64,000 nt of DNA from Thecamonas trahens ATCC 50062 (lineage: Eukaryota; Protista; Apusomonadida), in the NCBI RefSeq assembly GCF_000142905.1, contig NW_013657641.1:275810-339809 (forward strand), written 5' to 3'. The stretch's first letter is position 1, and the number at the start of each line of letters is the position of its first letter. Of this stretch, positions 22,327 through 31,372 are shown one piece after another. A program made the translations under genes and the position numbers. Below the pieces are notes generated by a model. That model saw nothing but the letters and a program-made list of their open reading frames with translations. It was not told where the DNA came from and did no database searches.

Positions 22327-23321
22327 TGGCGTCCGAGCCTGACAGCTCTGTCATCGAGATCGCCACCGGGATTCGGCGCGTGGTCGTCTACGCCATGTCT
22401 GACCTCCATGTCGACGAGTCACCCAACTCGGTGGTCCTGGATCGGCTGGTCGACGAGCTGGAGGGCGACAGCGGCAGCGGGAGCAGTAGCGCGAGCGGCG
22501 AGCCGGAGGCCGAGAGCGCGTTCCGATTGGCCGTCGTGGCGGGTGACGTGGCGCGGCGGCACGAGGACGTCGGTGCGGCTCTGCTTGCGCTCGTGGCTGT
22601 CTTTGACGCTGTTGTCTATGTCCCAGGCAACAACGAGCTCCGGCTCAGCTCGTCGGCTCGTGGCTCGGGCATGCTCTCCACCGAGGCGTTTGAGCAGGCG
22701 CGGGCGGCGGCTGCTCGGGCCGGCGCCATTGTCGACACGGCGATTGTGGGCGATGTCCTCGTTGTTCCGCTCGCAGGATGGCACTCGGCGCACTTTGATG
22801 GCGGCAAGCACTTTACCGGCGATGTGGCGTACCAGCGGCGATTCCTCGACTTTCGCGCCACCCGATGGCCGAGCTCGTGGCCGTCGGCCAGCCTCGACGG
22901 CGCGCCCGACGCGGCGGCAGAGTACTTTGCCCAGTTCAATGCTGGCAACATGGCGGCGGCCAAAGCGGTGCTTCAGAGGAGGGACAAGCGGATTTCTGCG
23001 CTGATCACGGCCTCGCACTTTTTGCCTCGCCTCGACGTGCTGCCTTGGCGGGCGCGGACGTTCATGTCGTCGGACGTGGTCAAGGTCATCGGCGACGACC
23101 GCATCGAAGACCAGATCCGCGAGCTACACACGGAGCTCGACGGCGAGCATGGTACTGCCCACGTCCACGTTTCGGGCCACGTTCACATCAATCACAACAA
23201 GGTCTGTGAAGGCGTGCGCTACGTTCAGAACGCGCTTGGGCACCGCCGCGAGCGGGCGCGCAGCTGCTGGACGTGGCTCTCGTCGGACGATGACTACGCA
23301 CCGCTGGCGATCTTTCCCTAG
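22327..23321 (+). CDS. Calcineurin-like metallophosphoesterase
   Basis: SDLHVD, AGDVA, PGNNE, SHF, SGHVH. Confidence 0.85.
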
Positions 23322-24328
23322 CAGCTTTGCACCGGTGACGGGGCAAGGCCCGCCAGCCAGCGGCGGGCGTTGGCGCTGGTGATGGCGATGACTTCAGCGA
23401 GAGTAGCGTCCCAGGCGACAGCGAGCGCGGCAACGAGCGGCGTGTAGTCAGCAGCCTGCTCGTTGGCCTCGTACTCTTCCAAGTCCGACTCGAGCAGGAC
23501 TTGCTCGCGCGGAATAAGGGCAATTGCTGCGTCAGTGAGCTTGGCGCTTCGCGGGCTTGAGTAGTTGATGGCCGGCGAGAGGCCAAAGAACAGGACGTCC
23601 GCGAGCGGGCCGCGGATGGCCAGCAGTGAGGTGATTAGCCCGGCTTTGAGCGAGACCGAATGCAGGGCGACGCCCGACGGAACAAGCCCGCGGCGGCTCG
23701 CGCTTGCCAGAAACTCAAACAGGTAGCCACCGGCCTGGACACAGTGGATGGAGACCGGGAGGCCGCGTGCAGCCGCGAGATCAAACTGGGCCTCAAACAG
23801 CGGCTTCTGGGCGATGTTAAAGGCCAGCCGATTCCGCCCGTTCCGCGACATCTCGGCGTATCCGTCGGGCACCTCGCCATCGGCCTCGGCTTGCGGATGC
23901 CAGCCGCGGAACTTGTCGACTCCGATCTCGCCCACAATGACTGTGTGCCCGGCCGCCGCCGCAGCGTCGAGCCGGTCGCCGAGGCGGGCGATGTAGCTCG
24001 CGACGGCGGCCGAGACAGTGGCATCGGTCGGCAGATCGTCGACTCTCAGCGACGGCAGCTCGACAACCGAGGTGGCATACCACGGATGTGTCCCGTAGCC
24101 ACCGATGCGCCACGGCGAGGCCGATGCCGACGCCGCTGCCGAGTCTGGGCCCGACTCGAGCCACTCCGCGAGCATGTCCCAGTCGTCGCTCTCGGCGACC
24201 GCCATGCTCACAGCGCCGGCGCCGACCATTTGGGACTGACCGGATCCCGTGTGGAGGTGGCAGTGGGTGTCTAGCACCTCTGTGCATGCAGCCGGCGAGA
24301 GCGGCGAGAGCGGCGAGAGCGAGGCCAT
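23318..24328 (-). CDS. TatD-family nuclease
   Basis: DTHCH, GTHPWY, GEIGVDK, SIHCVQA, LHS, LLESD. Confidence 0.9.
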   Translation of the reverse strand: MASLSPLSPLSPAACTEVLDTHCHLHTGSGQSQMVGAGAVSMAVAESDDWDMLAEWLESGPDSAAASASASPWRIGGYGTHPWYATSVVELPSLRVDDLPTDATVSAAVASYIARLGDRLDAAAAAGHTVIVGEIGVDKFRGWHPQAEADGEVPDGYAEMSRNGRNRLAFNIAQKPLFEAQFDLAAARGLPVSIHCVQAGGYLFEFLASASRRGLVPSGVALHSVSLKAGLITSLLAIRGPLADVLFFGLSPAINYSSPRSAKLTDAAIALIPREQVLLESDLEEYEANEQAADYTPLVAALAVAWDATLAEVIAITSANARRWLAGLAPSPVQSC

Positions 24329-24458
24329 GTGTGGAGAGGGGTGTGTGTGTGGCTCGGTTGGTGCGGGCACGCACCCACTCATAACACACGCGGACACGCT
24401 CTCCGTGAACACCCACGCAAGTGCTTGTGTTTGTCTTGTTCTTTAAGGTCGCTTGGAC

Positions 24459-25539
24459 TTACTTCATCTTGCGGACGTAGAAGTCGAGCTCCTCACCCTC
24501 GAGGACGTAACCGTCGGCGCGGCCGCACTGGCCAGGGCGCGAGGTGAGCTTGGCGTAGAGGCGGCCAGTGTTGAACTGGCGCTTGATGGCCTCCTCGAGC
24601 GGCTCGAGGTCAGCAGCGCGCTTGACGTGCTTGGACTGGCGCTTGACGGCCTCGGGGTTCTTGCCAAGGGCAATGCCGTAGTACGACTTGTAGTACTGGC
24701 GGAACGGGTGGCGTCAATCTGGACAATGGCCGACTTGACCAGGGTCTTGGTACGCAGGAGCTCGTTCGACGTGGCGTTGTACACGACATCGATGATGCGG
24801 CACTTGCGGGTCACAGCTGGTAGCACAGGCAGGCAGGATGTAGATGGTGAGTGGGAGGAGAGGGGAGAGGGAAGTGGGCAGTGGGAGGGGAGGGGGGGGG
24901 GGGGGCGACAATTCGACAATCTCCGGACGGATCACACCGACACAGAAGAGAGAGGGAGGGCGGGAGGAACAAGGAGGGGGGATGGGGAACGAGGCAGTGC
25001 TTACCCTCCGAGGGCCACGAGAAGTTGCCGCAGTCCAGGCGGAGGGCACGGAACTTGTAGTTGCCGCCGCGGACGCGGTACGGGTGGATGCGCTTCTCAG
25101 CGCCCGAAGACACAAGCTTGGTGTTGGCGGCCTGGCGGCCCATCTCGTACTTGCGCTTCTTGCGCCAGCCAGCGCGCTTGCCACCAGTCGCGCGGCGCTT
25201 GTGCCGCGAGTCACGAGAGATACCCTATCCGCACACATGCCGCATACACAACACCTTGTTCTGTGAGTCGCTCGCTGCTCTTAGCCTGCTTGTGGCTTGT
25301 GTTCCGCTCCCAGACTCGGTCCGCCATCACACAAAATAATTGCCCACCGCGAGGCGACGACGGCCAGCCCCCCTAGGTAGCCAGAGGCCATACCCACAGG
25401 CATAGCCATGCACACAGGCCACAACGAGGACGCACACCTTGCGCTCTATGCCTATCTATGTCTGTGGCATCCTCCTCATGCTCTACCTGGTAGACGCCCT
25501 TCCTGACTGCGCCAATGTGCCCAAAATACTCCGTACCAT
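24459..25539 (-). CDS. RPS8: 40S ribosomal protein eS8; introns 25225-25536 and 24817-25004; 1-nt deletion at about 24707
   Basis: M|[15 protein letters not shown]...[15 protein letters not shown]...[19 protein letters not shown]. Confidence 0.95.
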
Positions 25540-25957
25540 GGTCGATGTGTGTGAAGAGAGAAACGGTGCCACTCCATTCTCACTTTGCCTGCTTTGCCAT
25601 TCACGCGAGCTCAACTCGCTCGCTGCCACCGAACCGAACCGAATTGGACGAATCGACCCAATCGACTTGAATCCATGATTGACACTCTCGTTGCGTAGCA
25701 ACCGATGCTGAGAGGGGGAGGGGGAGGGGGGACTCGCTGTGGTTGCTGGGATGGTGCGCTGGCTTGAGGGGGTGCAGGTGAGAGAGTAGATGGGATGGGG
25801 ATGGGGTGGGAGCTGATTATCGCTTGCACTCTCGATCGCCGCGTTCCATCCATAGCTCGACGTCATCAATGGAAGGTCGGCTTGGCTCGTGAGGGGCAAT
25901 AGACTTGTCTCGGGAGCCTTGCTGCGGGGCGCGGACAGACGGCGGAGGAGCAAGAGG

Positions 25958-28140
25958 ATGGAGACACTGGCTGCGCTGGCAGAGATCGAGGCGGTGTCGC
26001 CGATGGCGCGGATCGAGGCGTTGGCCGAGGCGCACCATCTGCGGGTGTGGCGGGCGGCTGATGAGAGCATGGTCTCGCTCAAGTACACCAGCGAGACCAA
26101 GCTGACGAGTACAATGGCGCGCGAGTGCCGTGGGCTGGTGCTGGAGCGCGATGATGGGCAGAGTGCGAGCGGCTGGAGGGTTGCTGCCCGGCCGATGGAC
26201 AAGTTCTCAACGCCGGCGAGCCGGATGGCGCGGCCGAGGCGGCGGCCTTTGACTGGCCGTCGGCTCGGGCGTACACCAAGGCCGATGGCACGTGCATGCT
26301 GCTCTACTACCGAGCATCGATGGAGGCGTGGCAGGTGGCGACACTCGGGTGCGGCGATGGCAGCAATGCGGTGACGCGGAGTGTGGCGGACAAGACTTGC
26401 GGCAAGGCAAGCGGGGCAGTCGAGACAGCGATGCCGGCGTCGGTGAGCACGGCCGGCACCTTTGCCGACCTGTTCTGGGCTGTCTTCCACGACGTCGAGG
26501 GCTATGCACTGCCGGACGACCGGTCGGTGACGTACGTGTTCGAGCTCACTTCGCCGCGGAACCGCGTGGTTGTTGTCCACGATACAGCGGCGCTGGAGCT
26601 GGTGGCGATGCGGGAGACGGCGAGCGGCGATGAACTGCGGCTGGATGCTCCGCAAGGTTCTGGTTTCCGGCCTGTAGCGGAGAGATGGAGGGGGAGAGCA
26701 GGCGACAGTGCGGCATCTGCGCTGGCAACGCTCCGGTCCGAGTTTGTAGGCGTGAGCCCGCTGCGGTTCGAGGGCTACGTGGTGGTCGACGCGGCGTGGC
26801 GGCGGCTCAAGGTCAAGCATCCCGGTTATGTGGCCATCCATCACCTGGACAACCGATTTGATGTCCGCAACGTGACCAACGTCATCCGATCGGGTGAGTC
26901 GAGGGAGTTCCTCACGTACTTTCCTGACTATGCACCGCTCTTTGACGACATTGCGGCACGGTTTGAGCGCCTCGCGGCACAGCTTGCGGCCGAGGCCGAG
27001 GCGCTGGCAAACGTGGGCGCGGGCAAGGCGGCTTCGCGGATGCGGGCCACATCGGTGCTGCCTGAAGCGCTGGCGCTCGTGGCCAGCGGGGCGACAAAGG
27101 TCCGCGGCGCTCTGGCGCAGATTGAGCTCAAGGCGCTGCTCGGCGCGCTGCGGCTGAAGGACGTCAAGGCCAAGTCAGGCAAGCGCAGGGCGGCTCGAAA
27201 GCGGGCGCGCAAGGCGGCTGCGGCCGCAGGAGCTGCGACGCCATGTGGCGGTGGAAGCGACGAGGGTGCAGGCTTGGGCGATGGCTGGATGGCGGCGGCA
27301 AGCCGGTGGCGCCACGGCTCGCCCGACTCGACCGACGTCGACGTGGTTTATGTGGTGCCAGCAGGGGTGGCGCTTCCGAGCTCGAGCGAGCTGATCGAGT
27401 TTGTGAGGAGAGGCAAGGAAGCCGGCGAAGATCGCAACGTGGTGCAGCTCGATGCGAGCGGGCAGGTAGCGTTTACGCTCAAGGGTGAGGCTGACGAGGT
27501 CAACAACGCGCTGGTAGCAACTGTAGGGCTGCATGCCAGCAACGCCGGGCGCACATGCCCGATTGCGGGCGTCCGGCGGCGGCGGGTGCTGCAAAAGGCG
27601 CTCAATGTGAGCTCTGCACTGGCGGGTATTGTGGCACACGCGACGAGCGACGAGGAGTTGCGGGGCGCGTGTAAGAAGGTGCTCCGCAATCGCGATGGGC
27701 GGGCGCGGTTTGCCGGCCTGGCGCGGGTGCTGGGCGGAGCGAGAGCGGAGCATGTGTGTGCCACCATTGACGTCGACGCGCGCAAGGCCGTGGCGATGCA
27801 GCTTGGCCTCGCGGTCCTGCTCTCCCGCGGCATCGAGGTGTACACCAAGGGCGAGGTGGCGGCGGCGCTGCCGGGCCTCGCGCCGCTGCTGGGGCGGGCG
27901 GCGGAGCCTGGGGCGGACGCTGTGGGCGCGCTGGGCGATGCCATCGACGAGTGGGCGAGCGGCATGGCCGGACTGCAGTGGAAGAAGGTCAAGGGCGGAT
28001 GGATCGAGGTACGGGAAGGGCGAGCCGAAGGCGGAGGCATGGCTGTGGGTGCGGTGGCCGCCGAGGTGCGCGAGGCCGGCAAAGGTGGACTGCGGGTGCG
28101 CAGCAAGGAGTGGCGTGTGGCGTATGAGGGCATGAGGTAA
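25958..28140 (+). CDS. T4 Rnl1-like ATP-dependent RNA ligase fused to a C-terminal GS..DxD nucleotidyltransferase-like domain; 1-nt deletion at about 26207
   Basis: RECRGLVL, restored KFFN.GE, motif I TKADGT, FELTSPRNRVVV, EGYVV, RLKVKHPGY; C-terminal HGSPDSTDVDVVY, KGEADEVNN, YTKGEV. Confidence 0.85.
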
Positions 28141-28493
28141 AGATGCACGACAGAAGGAGGGGCGGTGGTGTGTGAGAGATGGTGGGCGCCTTGGCGAGGA
28201 CCTGGATGTTGTTCAACGGCGCAAAGAGCGCCTTACCGACGTCCGCAAGCACGCGCGCCGCCGCACCCGACGCGCGCGAGTCGCGCCGCGACTCCTTGAG
28301 AGCAAAGTATGGGTTGTTCGCGTCAGGGCACTTATTCAAGTACGACGCCGCGTACGAGTACGACTGCGGCGCGTTCAGCGAGGGGCCCGAGCTCCCGCGC
28401 GCCGCCGGGTCTCTGCGGCAGACACAAAGAGCGCGACGACGTGAATCACCTTGCACGTGGCAAGCACCGAGTTGCCCGAAAGAATGAACGAGC

Positions 28494-29020
28494 CCCTGCC
28501 CTCTCATCGTCAAGGAGTACAACAACCATATGGGCGGCGTCGATCTCAACTCGCGCCTGCGCGCCTCGCTCTCCACTGCGCCGCCGAGGACGCGCAAGTG
28601 GTGGCACGCCATCTTGTACTGGATGCTGGACGCCGCGCTCATCAACGCGTACGCCCTCTACGCCTATCATCGACGCCCTCGCCGCCAGCGCCGACGCCGT
28701 CGGCTCCACGCCGTCGCGCAAGCGGAAGCGTCCCTCTGCAGCGGCTGCTTGTCATCACCACTCTCCCCAGCAAGCCGCTCTGCGACGCGACTGCCTCGCC
28801 TGCCGGAAGGTTCATGGTAAGCGATCGCGACCGCGGACCTCTTGCGCCGCGTGCGGCGCCCATCTCTGCATCGCCGACTGTTTTCTGTTGTGGCCCACTC
28901 GTGGCCGCAGCAGACATTAACACATTGAACTACTATTCTACCGCAATTGATGGACGTTGCGACGTCTGTGGAGCGCAGCTTGTGCGACGGACAAATTTGT
29001 CCATTCCGTACCGTAAAGGT
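28494..29020 (+). mobile_element. piggyBac-family transposon 3' remnant: transposase C-terminus, Cys-rich domain and candidate terminal repeat
   Basis: PLIVKEYNNHMGGVD...RTRKWWHAILYWMLDAALINAY; frameshifted CLAC...CAACGAHLCIADCF; abuts TTAA at 29021-29024. Confidence 0.85.
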
Positions 29021-29969
29021 TTAAGCGTCGGCGTTGACGTTGAGGCCCATCGGGACGATGGGGCCGTCGTCCTCGTCCTTGGGCTCGAGGATGGTGATGA
29101 CATCGGGCTGCGGGACCTTGACGCCACCAAGCTTGCCCTCGGGGTCCCAAGGGAGCATGATGGTGACCTTGATGCCGAGAACGCCCTGGCGGAGGAGGAC
29201 GTGGCGGGTGGCCTTGTCGAGGTAGGCCTTGGCGGGGTGACCGGTCTTGATCATGTAGCCGTCAACGAACTTCATGGCCTTGGCACGGGCAGCACGGAGC
29301 TTGCCAGTGACGATGACCTCGCAGCCCTTGGCGCCAGCCTCCATGATGAAGCGGACGACACCGTAGCAAGCGCGGCGGACGGGGAGGCCACCGGCGAGCT
29401 TGTAGCGGAGCGACTCGGCCTGGGCAATGGCGCAGAGACCACGGTTCTGGACCTTCTGGGCGTACAGCTCGATGCCGCCGTCGGGGAAGTTGAACCGCTG
29501 CTGGACAACAGCCGTCAGCTCGCGAATGCGGCGGCCGCGCTCGCCAAGCACGTTCTGGGTCTGGGTGGCCTTGATGATGATCTCGGTCCGCGAGGGGGTG
29601 ACCCGGACGTTGACACCGGCGTAGCCGTCGTCGGCAAGCTCGGCAGTCAGCATGTCGTTGAGCTCGGCGTAGAACACGCCATCGGCGACAAACTGGTGAC
29701 CGTAGTTGCTCACTGTGAGTTGCTTGCCCATCATGACGGTCAGCAGACAGACAAAAGCTGACAAATCGTCCTTTTGCTGGCCATGCCATCCCTCCCTCCC
29801 CCCCACTCCGTCCACCACCACAGACAGCAGGGGCAGTACGCCAGGCCCACACCAGCAAGGTGTACTGTCCACCACCTCCGCCTATACACATGCTGTGGCT
29901 CGGCACCGTATGCTACACCCCACCCTCACCCGCTGGTCGTACCTTGCGCTTCTTAGACACGGCAGCCAT
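29021..29969 (-). CDS. RPS3: 40S ribosomal protein uS3; intron 29693-29942
   Basis: MAAVSKKRK|[11 protein letters not shown]...[15 protein letters not shown]...[12 protein letters not shown]. Confidence 0.97.
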
Positions 29970-30181
29970 GATTGAATGTGAAAGAGGTGTGGTGAAAAGC
30001 GAGCAGCGGTAAATCCCCAACACTTTTGCCACCCTTGCCCCCCCCGCTCCCCGGCTGGCGAACGATCGGAAACGGAACGAATTGGTCAGGGGGAGGGGGT
30101 GTGGGGTGGGGTGGTGGGGGGGGGGCGGGAGGGGTGGTGGGGGGTGGTGGGGGTGGTGGGGGTAGCTCACTTTGTACCGCA

Positions 30182-30187
30182 ATGAAG

Positions 30188-30233
<46 letters not shown>

Positions 30234-30479
30234 TAGTGTGGTGGTGGTNNNNNNNNNNNNNNNNNNNNNNNNNNNNNNNNNNNNNNNNNNNNNNNNNNNN
30301 NNNNNNNNNNNNNNNNNNNNNNNNNNNNNNNNNNNNNNNNNNNNNNNNNNNNNNNNNNNNNNNNNNNNNNNNNNNNNNNNNNNNNNNNNNNNNNNNNNNN
30401 NNNNNNNNNNNNNNNNNNNTTCCCCCTTTCCCTTCCTCCCTCCTTCTTCCTCCCCTCCCTCCCTCCCTCCCTTCTCCCC

Positions 30480-30518
<39 letters not shown>

Positions 30519-31131
30519 ACCTCACCCCTCCTCCCCCGCCCCTCCCTCCCGCCAGTTCATCTTCTGCGGAGGGCTGGATGCGCCCGACTGGATTCTGGCA
30601 GAGATCACAGTGCTTTCCAAGCTGACGCTGATGCAGATGAAGCGGCTGGTGACCCAGGTGATCCGGTCGATCAAGGACGAGGAGCTCAACTACCAGAGCA
30701 TGGCCAAGATTGCAGAGGCTGCAGGCTTCACCGCCTCGGATCTCAAGGCCGCCTTTGCTGGCGTCGACTTTATCATCCGCTCGGCGTCAAAGTACGACTG
30801 CGAGCCGGAGACGCTCGGCGCCGAGCTGCAGCAGCTGGGTATTCCAGTGGAGATTGGCGGGACGCTTGTCAAGTCGTACGCCAAGGCACTGGACTCGATC
30901 CGCGACCATCTGGCGGCGACGTCGCTGCATCTGGCTCGCCTCGACGACTTTCAGTGGCGGGTCGACTACCTGTTGACGGGCTCAACCATGCGCGATCTCA
31001 ACGTGCCCTCGGTCTCGATGTCGCTGACGTCGACGAGCGGCGAGAAGGTCGCCTTTGAGCTCACCGCCCAAAAGTTCAACGTGCTGTACGACGAGCTCAA
31101 GACGGCGCGGGCACTGATGGAGAGGGTGTGA
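30182..31131 (+). CDS. COMMD4: COMM-domain protein 4; intron 30188-30555 (contains an N-gap)
   Basis: MK|FIFCGGLDAPDWILAEI..., ELQQLG, WRVDY. Confidence 0.88.
30189..30232 (+). repeat. (TG)n microsatellite in the COMMD4 intron
   Basis: About 20 TG units. Confidence 0.95.
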
Positions 31132-31372
31132 GGAGGGCTGTAAAGCAAGGTACGGAGGAAGCTACGCGCTCTCGTCGCGAACTACGAGAGCGTTCGAGGC
31201 AGCGTAGCTCGGCTGTTGCTGCTGGGGCTGCGGCTGCTGCGGCTGCTGCTGGGTCGGGGGCGGCGCTTGGGTCTGCCGCTGGGCAGCAACAGCCATTGGA
31301 ACGGCCGGCGAAGGGGTGGCCGAGACTTGCATGGGTGCGAGGCCCGGCGAGGGGTGGGCCGAGGGGTGGTCT

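Noticed and set aside
25958-29020. RNA ligase carried as cargo inside the piggyBac element
   Set aside because: No matching left terminal repeat or TTAA-flanked end found upstream of the ligase.
29697-29742. Box C/D snoRNA in the RPS3 intron (7-bp inverted repeat tgaccgt/acggtca with ATGATGG)
   Set aside because: Too short, imperfect C box and no CTGA D box inside the stem; at most a small hairpin near the 3' splice site.
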